Assembly (NCBI GenBank): GCA_032112995.1
Contig: DAMCTY010000004.1
Coordinates: 27,335 to 91,334 of the forward strand
Source: Stenotrophomonas sp.
GTDB taxonomy: Bacteria; Pseudomonadota; Gammaproteobacteria; Xanthomonadales; Xanthomonadaceae
DNA: 64,000 nt
Reading direction: 5' to 3'
Shown here: positions 8,823-17,569 of the stretch, in pieces
Numbering within the stretch: the first letter of the stretch is position 1
Layout of the letters: every line of letters begins with the position of its first letter
Program-made: the position numbers and the translations under genes
Notes under the pieces: model-generated
What the model was told of the DNA's origin: nothing
Seen by the model: only the letters and a program-made list of their open reading frames with translations
Database searches by the model: none

Positions 8823-10934
8823 ATGGGAATGTCGATGTCGTTGGCCGATGCGCGCTACCACCTCAACCGCATCATCGGCCTGGCCCGCCGCGGCCTGGCC
8901 AGCCTGCGCACCCGCGGCTGGCGCGCCACCCTGCACCGCGTGGGCGTGCACACCCGCCGGCAACCACCGGCCGCGCGTGAACCACTGTACTTTCCAAACG
9001 CCGAGCCGTTCGTGCCGTTCAGCGTGCCCAGCAGCGCACAGCCTACGGCCAGCATCGTGATCCCGGTCTACAACCACGCCGATCACACGCTGGCCTGCCT
9101 GCGCGCACTGGCCGCGCACCCGCCAGCCGCCAACTGCGAAATCCTGGTCATCGACGATGGCAGCAGCGACGCCACCGTCGAATGGATGCCGCGTATCACC
9201 GGCCTGCGTTACCACGTGCGCCCGCAGAACGGCGGCTTCATCGCCGCCTGCAACGACGGCCTGCGGCTGAGCCGCGGCGATTACGTGGTGCTGCTCAACA
9301 ACGACACCATCCCGCAGCCCGGCTGGCTGGATGCCCTGCTGGACACGTTCGCGCAGCTTCCGGCCGCAGGCCTGGTCGGCGCGCAACTGCTGTATCCGGA
9401 CGGCCGCCTGCAGGAAGCGGGCGGGGTGGTGTTCAATGACGGCAGCTGCTGGAGCTACGGCCGCTTCGAATCCGCCGAAGACCCGCGCTACAGCGCACTG
9501 CGCGACGCCCATTACTGCTCCGGCGCCGCCATCGCCCTGCCCCGCGACCTGTTTGAACAGCTGGGCGGACTGGACACACGCTACGCCCCGGCCTATTACG
9601 AAGACACCGACCTTGCCTTCAAGGTGCGCGCCGCCGGCCGGCGTGTGCTGGTGCAGCCTGCCAGCCGCGTGGTGCACGACGAAGGCACCAGCAACGGCAC
9701 CGATACCGGCAGCGGGGTCAAGGCCTACCAGGTACGCAACCAGAAGGTCTTTGCCCAGGTCTGGCAACAGACGCTGCAGGCGGAGCACCCCGCGGTGGGC
9801 ACAGTGCCGTTGCCGGCCTTGCTGCATCAAGGGCAGCGGCAGATCCTGATCATCGACGAGTGCCTGCCGCAGCCGGACCGTGACTCCGCCTCGCTGCGCC
9901 AGTTCAACCTGATCCGCATGCTGCTGGCCGAAGGCGCCCACGTGGTGTTCCTGCCCACCCGCGGTGAACCGGCCAGCGCCGCCAGCGCCGCCCTGCAGGC
10001 CATTGGCGTGGAGGTCTGGCATGCGCCCTTCCTCAACGGTGTGGCCGCCTGGATGCGCGGCAACGGCGCCCGTTTCGACGTGGTGATGCTGGTGCGCCAT
10101 CATGTGGCCAACGAATGCCTGCCGCTGCTGCGCCAGTTCGCACCACAGGCCCGCACCGTCTTCGACACGGTGGACCTGCACTACCTGCGTGAGCGCCGCG
10201 GCGCCGAGCTGGCACGCGACCAGCGCCTGCTGCGCAGCGCCGAGCGCACCCGCGCCACGGAACTGGCAATGATGGCCGCCACCGATGTGACCCTGCTGGT
10301 CAGCGCCGCCGAAAAGGAACAGTTGGCCACCGATGCACCGCAGGTGCGGGTGGAACTGATCTCCAACCTGCACGAGGTAGCCGCCACCGGACCGGGCTGG
10401 ACCCAGCGCCACGACCTGGTGTTCGTCGGCGGCTTCCGCCATCCGCCAAACCTGGATGCGATGCAGTGGTTCATCGGCGATGTATTCCCGCTGATCCACG
10501 CGCAACGCCCGGACATCGTGTTCCATTGCATCGGCGCCGACGTGCCGGACAGCCTGCAGGCGCTGGCCGCCACCCGCCCTGGGGTGAAGATCCACGGTTA
10601 TGTCCCGGACGTTGTGCCTTACATGCGCCAGGCGCGCATCGCGGTGGCACCGCTGCGTTTTGGCGCCGGGGTCAAGGGCAAGGTCAACCTGAGCATGGCC
10701 CACGGCCAGCCTGTGGTCGCCACCACCTGCGCGGTGGAAGGCATGTACCTGCGTGATGGCCTGGATGTGCTGGTCGCCGACGGCGCACAGGTGTTTGCCG
10801 GTGCGGTGCTGCGCCTGTATGACGACCCCGGACTGTGGCAGCGCCTGTCCGAAAATGGCCTGGACAACATCGCCAGGCACTTCTCGATGGATGCAGCCCG
10901 GCAGGCGGTGCGGCGGGTGTTCTTCGACGTCTAG
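8823..10934 (+). CDS. fused glycosyltransferase (N-terminal GT2-like, C-terminal GT1/GT4-like)
   Basis: GT2 signatures: IVIPVYNH, ILVIDDGSSD, LLNNDT, YEDTDL. The C-terminal half resembles a GT-B enzyme (VFVGGFRHPPNLDAMQWF..., GAGVKGKVNLSMAHGQPVV). The track start at 8790 is TTG. I prefer the ATG at 8823, preceded by GGAG at 8815-8818. ATGs at 8829 and 8835 are also possible. Confidence 0.75.
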   Translation: MGMSMSLADARYHLNRIIGLARRGLASLRTRGWRATLHRVGVHTRRQPPAAREPLYFPNAEPFVPFSVPSSAQPTASIVIPVYNHADHTLACLRALAAHPPAANCEILVIDDGSSDATVEWMPRITGLRYHVRPQNGGFIAACNDGLRLSRGDYVVLLNNDTIPQPGWLDALLDTFAQLPAAGLVGAQLLYPDGRLQEAGGVVFNDGSCWSYGRFESAEDPRYSALRDAHYCSGAAIALPRDLFEQLGGLDTRYAPAYYEDTDLAFKVRAAGRRVLVQPASRVVHDEGTSNGTDTGSGVKAYQVRNQKVFAQVWQQTLQAEHPAVGTVPLPALLHQGQRQILIIDECLPQPDRDSASLRQFNLIRMLLAEGAHVVFLPTRGEPASAASAALQAIGVEVWHAPFLNGVAAWMRGNGARFDVVMLVRHHVANECLPLLRQFAPQARTVFDTVDLHYLRERRGAELARDQRLLRSAERTRATELAMMAATDVTLLVSAAEKEQLATDAPQVRVELISNLHEVAATGPGWTQRHDLVFVGGFRHPPNLDAMQWFIGDVFPLIHAQRPDIVFHCIGADVPDSLQALAATRPGVKIHGYVPDVVPYMRQARIAVAPLRFGAGVKGKVNLSMAHGQPVVATTCAVEGMYLRDGLDVLVADGAQVFAGAVLRLYDDPGLWQRLSENGLDNIARHFSMDAARQAVRRVFFDV

Positions 10935-10955
10935 GCAGGCAAGGCCAACAACGCG

Positions 10956-12251
10956 TCAGGCGCAGGCCCGCTGGGGGCGGGTATACCCGCCATGCACCGG
11001 GTGCCGGGCGCACAGTGCCGCCACCTGGGCGCGCACCGATTGCGTCGCGCGCTCCAGGCCACCGGTCTGCATGGCGTCCAGCACATCGGCCACCAGCTCC
11101 GCCAGTTGCTCGCATTCGGCCACTCCAAAGCCGCGCGTGGTTACCGCCGGTGTGCCAATGCGTACACCCGATGTCACCATCGGCGAGCGCGGATCATTGG
11201 GCACCGAGTTCTTGTTGGTGGTGATCCATGCCTGGGCCAGCGCCGCATCGGCCTGCTTGCCAGTGAATGGTCGGTCGGACAGGTCGATCAACAACAGATG
11301 GTTGTCGGTGCCACCGGAGACAATGCGGTAGCCCCGCTGCTGCAACCGCGCCGCCATCGCACGGGCATTGGCCAGCACCTGCTGTTGATAGCGCTTGAAA
11401 CCTGGCTGCAAGGCCTCCTTGAAAGCGATCGCCTTGGCGGCGATCACGTGCATCAACGGCCCCCCCTGCACACCTGGAAACACCGCAGCATCCAGCCGTT
11501 TGTTGAATGCCGCATCCTGGCCCTTGGACAGAATGATGCCACCACGCGGCCCACGCAGCGTCTTGTGGGTGGTACTGGTGACCACATGCGCATGCGGCAA
11601 CGGGTCCGGATACACACCGGCGGCAACCAGCCCTGCCACATGCGCCATGTCCACCCACAGCAACGCCCCCACCTTGTCTGCGATGGCGCGCATGCGTGCC
11701 CAATCCTTGTGCCGGGAATAGGCGGAGAAGCCACCGATCAGCAGCGCTGGGCGCTGTTCAACGGCAATGCGCTCCATCTCGTCGTAGTCCACCCGTCCGG
11801 TTGCCGGATCCAGCCCATAAGGAACGACCCGGTAGTGCCGTCCGGAAAAATTGGCCGGGTTGCCGTGGGTCAGGTGCCCCCCCTGCGCCAGGTTCATGCC
11901 CATCACCGTATCCCCTGGCTTGGCCAGGGCCAGAAACACCGCGGCATTTGCCTGCGCGCCGGCATGTGGTTGCACGTTGGCGTAATCACAATCGAACAGC
12001 GCCTTGACCCGTTCGATCGCCAGCCGTTCGGCCACATCCACATGCTCGCAGCCGCTGTAGTAACGCCGCCCCGGGTAACCCTCGGCGTACTTGTTGGTGA
12101 AGACCGAGTCCTGCATCGCCATTACCAGTGGGCTGGCGTAGTTCTCCGAGGCGATCAATTCGATGTGATCCTGCTGGCGCTGCTGTTCGGCCATCAGTGC
12201 CTGGGCAAGCTCCGGATCGAACGCGGCAAGGTCCAACGCAATGTCATGCAT
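10956..12251 (-). CDS. glyA: serine hydroxymethyltransferase (possibly a paralogous copy)
   Basis: Track ORF trimmed to the ATG at 12251 (M54). Motifs: [34 protein letters not shown] (PLP-Lys motif), [12 protein letters not shown]. The start overlaps the pdxY stop by 8 nt. Confidence 0.9.
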   Translation of the reverse strand: MHDIALDLAAFDPELAQALMAEQQRQQDHIELIASENYASPLVMAMQDSVFTNKYAEGYPGRRYYSGCEHVDVAERLAIERVKALFDCDYANVQPHAGAQANAAVFLALAKPGDTVMGMNLAQGGHLTHGNPANFSGRHYRVVPYGLDPATGRVDYDEMERIAVEQRPALLIGGFSAYSRHKDWARMRAIADKVGALLWVDMAHVAGLVAAGVYPDPLPHAHVVTSTTHKTLRGPRGGIILSKGQDAAFNKRLDAAVFPGVQGGPLMHVIAAKAIAFKEALQPGFKRYQQQVLANARAMAARLQQRGYRIVSGGTDNHLLLIDLSDRPFTGKQADAALAQAWITTNKNSVPNDPRSPMVTSGVRIGTPAVTTRGFGVAECEQLAELVADVLDAMQTGGLERATQSVRAQVAALCARHPVHGGYTRPQRACA

Positions 12252-13185
12252 GAGTAACGTCCCTGGAGGAAAAATGCGAATACAGCGGCTGCACATGCAC
12301 ACGGCTGGCGGACGGCAACGGGCGCGCGCACTCGCCGGCAACAATCTGCATCGGCAGCAGCAGTTCTGCGGATGCGGCCTGGCCGGTGCGCTGCACTGCC
12401 CGCACAACATGCTCGCAGGCGCTCATTACCGCTGCCTGCAGGCCCAGGCCGCACAGCCAACCGGCATTGAGCGCGGCAGCGAACAGGTCGCCCGTGCCCT
12501 TGGGCACGATCGCATCACGCCCGTGGGTAAAGCAGTACGCCTGCCCCGCCGTAACCAGCACCACCTGTATCTCGTTCTCGGCGCAAGCCGCCGGTGCGGC
12601 GCTGGTCACCGCTATCCAGCGCGTGCGCCCGACCAGCAGGCTGCGGGCCGCCACCACCACGTCGTCCACATCGTTGGTGGGCATGCCGGTCAGGCGCGCC
12701 AGCTCGAACCCGTTCGGGGTCATGCCATCCGCCAACCCCAGCAGATGATGACGGTAGGCCTCGAGCAGCCCATCAGCCACATAGATTCCATGATCGTAAT
12801 CCCCCAGTACCGGATCGATCAGCACATGCAGCGCAGGTTGCGTCGCCAGCAGTTGCGATAACCAGTCAGCCAACTGCGCCGCCTGCGCCGGCTTGCCGAG
12901 ATAGCCCAACTGCACCGAGCGCAGGGCCTGCAGCGCGCCACGCGCGCGCAGGTCCTGCAACCACCCGCAGAACCACGCGTCCGGCGGTGCCCCACCATGT
13001 ACGCTGGGGTAATGCGGCGCGTTGCTGAGCAGCACCGTCGGCACAGCCGCCACGCTCAGGCCAAAGGATTCCAGCACCGGCACCGCCACGCTGTTGCCAA
13101 CCCGGCCGTAGAGCACCTGCGATTGCACCGACACCAGGTCGAAGGACAGTGGCTGTCCCGCTGGTGAGAACCCGGGAGCGCTCAT
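12244..13185 (-). CDS. pdxY: pyridoxal/pyridoxamine kinase
   Basis: [25 protein letters not shown] at the N-terminus and a ribokinase-fold C-terminal [10 protein letters not shown] motif. The ATG at 13185 overlaps the upstream stop (ATGA). Confidence 0.85.
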   Translation of the reverse strand: MSAPGFSPAGQPLSFDLVSVQSQVLYGRVGNSVAVPVLESFGLSVAAVPTVLLSNAPHYPSVHGGAPPDAWFCGWLQDLRARGALQALRSVQLGYLGKPAQAAQLADWLSQLLATQPALHVLIDPVLGDYDHGIYVADGLLEAYRHHLLGLADGMTPNGFELARLTGMPTNDVDDVVVAARSLLVGRTRWIAVTSAAPAACAENEIQVVLVTAGQAYCFTHGRDAIVPKGTGDLFAAALNAGWLCGLGLQAAVMSACEHVVRAVQRTGQAASAELLLPMQIVAGECARPLPSASRVHVQPLYSHFSSRDVTHA

Positions 13186-13892
13186 GCAGATACTCCTTCC
13201 ATTGCATCCAACCCATCCAGCCAGGCGCCAAACACCGCCCTTGTGGCCCTGGGCAAGCGGGCCCGTAGCGGCAGTGCCTGCGCGCGCAACGCCCGCGGAT
13301 CGATACCTTCGAGTGCAAGTTCACAGGCATGCCCAAGCAGCCAGTGTTCGATACGCGCGGGATCAACCTCAAGATGGCATTGCAGGGCAAGTACCCGGCG
13401 ACCCACGCTGAAAGCCTGGTTGGCGCATGCCGGCGTAGCGGCCAGGCAGGTGGCTGCACGAGGGATGCCAAACTGATCACCGTGCCAATGCAGCACTGGC
13501 ACCTGACCCAGCAACGCCAGCGGTGACTGCATGCCCTGTGCATTGAGCGACAGTGGGGCAAAACCAATCTCCTTGCTGTTCATGCCCACCACTTCGGCTC
13601 CCAGCGCGCGAGCGATCAACTGCGCCCCCAGGCAGATGCCGAGCAGCGGCCGATCCTGCAGCAGCTGGCGATGGATCAACGCCAGCTCGCTTTCCAGCAC
13701 CGGATGGATGGCCTGGTCAAAGGCACCGATCGGGCCGCCCAGCACCACCAGCAGATCCGCTGCCGGCACCGCATGCAGTTCCGCATCGGCAGCCTCCAGA
13801 TAGCGCACCGCATAGCCACGTTCCTGCAGCAGCGGCTGCAACACACCCAGATCCTCGAAGTGCACATGACGGATCGCCACTGCGGTCTTCAT
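13182..13892 (-). CDS. class I glutamine amidotransferase-like protein
   Basis: Nucleophile elbow LLGICLGAQLIA and a downstream HWHGD/...CHLE pattern, as in GuaA-type GATase domains. The ATG at 13892 overlaps the yggS stop. Confidence 0.8.
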   Translation of the reverse strand: MKTAVAIRHVHFEDLGVLQPLLQERGYAVRYLEAADAELHAVPAADLLVVLGGPIGAFDQAIHPVLESELALIHRQLLQDRPLLGICLGAQLIARALGAEVVGMNSKEIGFAPLSLNAQGMQSPLALLGQVPVLHWHGDQFGIPRAATCLAATPACANQAFSVGRRVLALQCHLEVDPARIEHWLLGHACELALEGIDPRALRAQALPLRARLPRATRAVFGAWLDGLDAMEGVSA

Positions 13893-14692
13893 GGCGTGGC
13901 CTGCGTATCGGCGTGCGGCCAGTAATGGCTGTCTGGCAGCGGCCGCGCACCAAAGATCGCCTGACCCACGCGGACCACCGTCGCCCCCTCTTCTATCGCA
14001 ATCTCGAAATCGCCCGACATTCCCATTGACAGTTCCTCAAGACCGACGCCGGCCGGCGCGTCCTGGCGCAGCCGGTCCCGCAGCTCGCGCAACTGGATGA
14101 AACACTGGCGCACCCGTTGCGCCTGGGCGGAGAACACCGCCAACGTCATCAATCCGCGCACACGCAAGGCCGGGTAGGCTTTCAGCGCATGCATATGTGC
14201 GGCCACCTGTTCCGGCGCCAGACCGTACTTGCTGGTTTCACCGGAGGTGTTGACCTGCACATAGACATCGAGCCCGCGCCCCTCGATCTGCAGCCGGCGC
14301 TCCAGCGCTTCGGCCACACGCAGGCTGTCCAGCGCCTGGAATTCGCTGGCAAAGCGCGCGGCCAGCTTGGCCTTGTTGGTCTGCAGGTGGCCAATCAACG
14401 ACCACCGCAGATCCCCCAGGTCCTGCATGGCCTGCCATTTGGCTGCAGCTTCCTGCACCTTGTTTTCGCCCAGCAGATCGCAACCGGCGGCGTGCGCCAG
14501 GCGCAGGCTCTGCTCCGGCTTGGTCTTGCTGACCGGCAGCAAGCGCACCCCCGCAGGATCACGCCCTGCGCGCCGGCAGGCCGCATCCATGCACGCACGC
14601 ACCCGCGCCAGGTTGCGGTGGAAGTCCTCCACGCTCGCCGCCTGGGGGTAGCGTCCATGGTGTTCGTGGCGGGTCTGGGTGGCCTCAGGCAT
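13889..14692 (-). CDS. yggS: YggS-family PLP-binding (PLP homeostasis) protein
   Basis: Motifs: LLPVSKTKP (PLP lysine), LLGENKVQE, IGHLQTNKAK, LSMGMSGDFE. The start overlaps the benE-like stop by 8 nt (AATGCCTGA). Confidence 0.9.
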   Translation of the reverse strand: MPEATQTRHEHHGRYPQAASVEDFHRNLARVRACMDAACRRAGRDPAGVRLLPVSKTKPEQSLRLAHAAGCDLLGENKVQEAAAKWQAMQDLGDLRWSLIGHLQTNKAKLAARFASEFQALDSLRVAEALERRLQIEGRGLDVYVQVNTSGETSKYGLAPEQVAAHMHALKAYPALRVRGLMTLAVFSAQAQRVRQCFIQLRELRDRLRQDAPAGVGLEELSMGMSGDFEIAIEEGATVVRVGQAIFGARPLPDSHYWPHADTQATP

Positions 14693-15935
14693 TGGCCTTC
14701 TCCACCGGTGTCACATTTCCCCGCGCTGCCACGGCTGGCAACTGCCGTTGCAACCGGCCGTGGAGCAGCGCATGCGCCGCCAAACCGATCACCAACCCCC
14801 AGAACGCGCCACCGATGCCCAGCAGGGTGATATTGGCTGCCGCCGCCAGGAAGGTGATCAGCGCGGCTTCGCGGGTACGCGCATCGGCCAACGCCGTTGC
14901 CAGGCTGCCACCTATGGTTCCCAACAATGCCAACCCGGCCAGGGTTGCAATGAACGTAGGCGGCAAGGCCGTGAACAGCGCTGCCAGGGTCACCCCGAAT
15001 ATCCCGACGACGATGTAGCCGATACCCGCGGCCACCCCCGCGATCCATCGCTTGGCCGGATCTTCATGAGCCTCGCGGCCGGTGGCGATGGCGGCCGTGA
15101 TCGCTGCGATGTTGAAGCCATGCGCACCGAACGGTGCCATCAGCAGCGAGCCAAGCCCGGTCACCGCGACAATGGGATTGGCACTGGTGCGGAAACCATC
15201 GTTGCGCAGCACCAGCATGCCCGGCATGTACTGGCCGGTCAGCGTGATCAGGAACAAGGGCAAGCCCACACTCAACAGCGCATTGAGGGTAAAGACCGGC
15301 ATCGTGAATACCGGAGATGCCAACTGCGCAGTCACCGCGGACAGATCCAGCCGTCCACGGGCCAGCAGGAATGCAAGCCCCAGCAGCAGGATGCCAAGCA
15401 CCGCATAGCGCGCAGTGAAGCGCTTCAGCAGCACATAGGCGGCGATCAGCAGACCGGCCAACCATGGATCAACATTCAGCCCGGCAAACGCCCTGCTACC
15501 GAACTGCAGCAGGATGCCTGCCAGAAGACCGGCCGCCACGCCTGGCGGTATCAGCCGGATGAGCCGTTCAAACCCACCTGACAATCCAAGCACCACAAAG
15601 CCCAATGCCGAGACCAGATACGCACCGATCGCTTCGGCATAAGGCGTCGTCGCCAGCGCAGTGACCAGGAACGCCGCCGCAGGTGTCGACCAGGCCGTGA
15701 TGATCGGTGCGCGCAGACGCCAGCTGAGCAGCAGGCCGGTAACACCGACACCGATCGAGAGCGACCACACCCACGAAGCGGTGAGCTGGGGACTGAGCCC
15801 GGCCACGCTGGCGGCCTGCAGCACCAGGATGAAGGTGCCGCCATAGTTGACGATGACCGACACCAGGCCGGCAATAACGGGATGCACCAGGTCGTGCACG
15901 CGCAGGGGCTGGCGCGGGGAAGCTGCAGGGAGCAT
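14685..15935 (-). CDS. BenE-family membrane transporter
   Basis: Track ORF trimmed to the ATG at 15935 (M42). It is polytopic and hydrophobic. VIAGLVSVIVNYGGTFILVLQAA...ITAWSTPAAAFLV is colinear with E. coli BenE/YdcO as I recall it. Confidence 0.82.
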   Translation of the reverse strand: MLPAASPRQPLRVHDLVHPVIAGLVSVIVNYGGTFILVLQAASVAGLSPQLTASWVWSLSIGVGVTGLLLSWRLRAPIITAWSTPAAAFLVTALATTPYAEAIGAYLVSALGFVVLGLSGGFERLIRLIPPGVAAGLLAGILLQFGSRAFAGLNVDPWLAGLLIAAYVLLKRFTARYAVLGILLLGLAFLLARGRLDLSAVTAQLASPVFTMPVFTLNALLSVGLPLFLITLTGQYMPGMLVLRNDGFRTSANPIVAVTGLGSLLMAPFGAHGFNIAAITAAIATGREAHEDPAKRWIAGVAAGIGYIVVGIFGVTLAALFTALPPTFIATLAGLALLGTIGGSLATALADARTREAALITFLAAAANITLLGIGGAFWGLVIGLAAHALLHGRLQRQLPAVAARGNVTPVEKANA

Positions 15936-16084
15936 GGGGAAGCGCGGACTCCTCGGGGTAGAAGGTGGCTGTTGCGGAGGCCGTTTTATAGATCGGAAAT
16001 GGCATGATGGACCCCTCCACTTTTTACATAGGAAGCAGACCATTGTTCCGCCATGCACAACTGGAGTCCGTCAAAGCCTGGGTC

Positions 16085-17527
16085 ATGAACCCAGCCCAGC
16101 GCGCCTTGCCGCTGCATGTGCGCATCCAGCGCGCCATCCGCCAACTGGTACTGGATGGCGCATTGGATGCAGGCCGTGCGCTTCCCGCCTCCCGAGCCCT
16201 GGCGGTGTCGTTGGGCGTCTCCCGTGACACGGTCGAGGCCGCCTATGGTCAGCTGCATGCAGAAGGCTTCATCGAGCGGCGGGTGGGCAGTGGCAGTTTT
16301 GTCGCCGAGCGCGCGCGCTGGCTGGACCGGCATGACAGCACCCGTCCGCGGGGCACCGCGCCGCAGCCACCGCGGCTGAGCCAACGCGGCAATGCCATGT
16401 ACCGCAATGGCGGGGTACGCGACTTCCTTGCCCCGCGCGCGTTTGCACCCGGCGTCCCCGAGACCCGTGCTTTCCCACTGCCGATCTGGGAGCGCCTGCA
16501 GCGCCAGGTGCTCAGGCAATGGGGCAGCGCCGCCCTGCTGCACAGCCCGCCACAAGGCATGGAAGCGCTGCGACGTGCGATCGCTGACTACGTCAATCTT
16601 GAGCGCGGTGCGCATGCCAGCCCGGAACGGGTGCTGGTAGTCACCAGTTCACAGCAGGCGCTGACCTTGTGCGCCAGCGTATTGCTCGATCCGGGCGAAC
16701 AGATCTTCATCGAGAACCCCGTCTACCACGGCGCACGCAAGGCCTTCGATGCCGCCGGGCTGCGCTGCGTGCCGGTTGCGGTAGACGCCGAAGGCATGCG
16801 TGTGGACCAGTTGGACGATGCCATTGCTGGCCGGGCGGTGTTCCTGACCCCCTCCCATCAGTTTCCCAGCGGTACAACCCTGGCCTTGGACCGGCGGCTG
16901 CAAGCCATTGAATGGGCCCGCAGCCGGCAGGCCTGGATCATCGAGGATGACTACGACAGTGAATTCCATTACGCCGGCAAGCCCATGGCCTGCGTGCAGG
17001 GGTTGGATCCGCATCACCGCACGATCTACATCGGCACTTTCACCAAATCGCTGTTCCCCGGGCTGCGCATCGCCTTCATGGTGCTGCCCCCGGCACTGGT
17101 CGCGCCGATGACCACCGCCCGCACCCTGCTCGATGGACACAGCGCCCCCATTCCACAGCTCACGCTGGCCCGTTTCATGGAGGGTGGCCATTTTGGCGCG
17201 CATGTGCGCGCCATGCGCATGATCTACAACCAGCGTCGCGATGCCTTGGCGCAGTTGCTGCGTCGCCACCTGGCCGGGGTGCTGGAGCCACGGGTGCCGG
17301 ACGGCGGCATGCAGATGCCGTGCCTGTTCCTGCAGGCTATCGACGAAGCCCGTGCTGTGGACGCCGCCCGCCGAGCTGGCATCGATCTACTCGGGCTGAG
17401 CACCCTGTATGCGCCGGACACGCCGACCAGCGCCGGCTTGTTGATGGGGTTTGCCGCTCACACGCCGCAGGAACTGGAGCAGGCGGTGAAAACGCTGGCA
17501 CAGGTTCTGCACGACATGCGCCGTTGA
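16085..17527 (+). CDS. MocR/GabR-type PLP-dependent transcriptional regulator (GntR wHTH + aminotransferase-like domain)
   Basis: wHTH: LPASRALAVSLGVSRDTVEAAYGQLHAEGFI. Fold-type-I domain with the PLP-Lys context YIGTFTKSLFPGLRIAF. I prefer the ATG at 16085 because codons 16004-16084 have low GC3 (17/27) and rare codons (ata, aga, gga), so they look non-coding. The track start is 16004. Confidence 0.85.
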   Translation: MNPAQRALPLHVRIQRAIRQLVLDGALDAGRALPASRALAVSLGVSRDTVEAAYGQLHAEGFIERRVGSGSFVAERARWLDRHDSTRPRGTAPQPPRLSQRGNAMYRNGGVRDFLAPRAFAPGVPETRAFPLPIWERLQRQVLRQWGSAALLHSPPQGMEALRRAIADYVNLERGAHASPERVLVVTSSQQALTLCASVLLDPGEQIFIENPVYHGARKAFDAAGLRCVPVAVDAEGMRVDQLDDAIAGRAVFLTPSHQFPSGTTLALDRRLQAIEWARSRQAWIIEDDYDSEFHYAGKPMACVQGLDPHHRTIYIGTFTKSLFPGLRIAFMVLPPALVAPMTTARTLLDGHSAPIPQLTLARFMEGGHFGAHVRAMRMIYNQRRDALAQLLRRHLAGVLEPRVPDGGMQMPCLFLQAIDEARAVDAARRAGIDLLGLSTLYAPDTPTSAGLLMGFAAHTPQELEQAVKTLAQVLHDMRR

Positions 17528-17569
17528 GCTTCCTCAACCCGGACGTATCAGCCCGCATATTTTGGCAAC

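Noticed and set aside
8808-10880. Long antisense ORFs opposite well-supported genes: 8808..10880, 18744..20870, 24890..26740, 41514..43343, 44772..47180, 57921..59546, 51306..52949, 10992..12257, 1879..2880.
   Set aside because: Typical high-GC shadow ORFs with Arg/Gly/Gln/His-rich composition. They have no recognisable motifs, whereas the opposite strand encodes clear GT2, RelA, HrpA, TpsA, CpoB/Pal, SapC, GlyA and ARH signatures.
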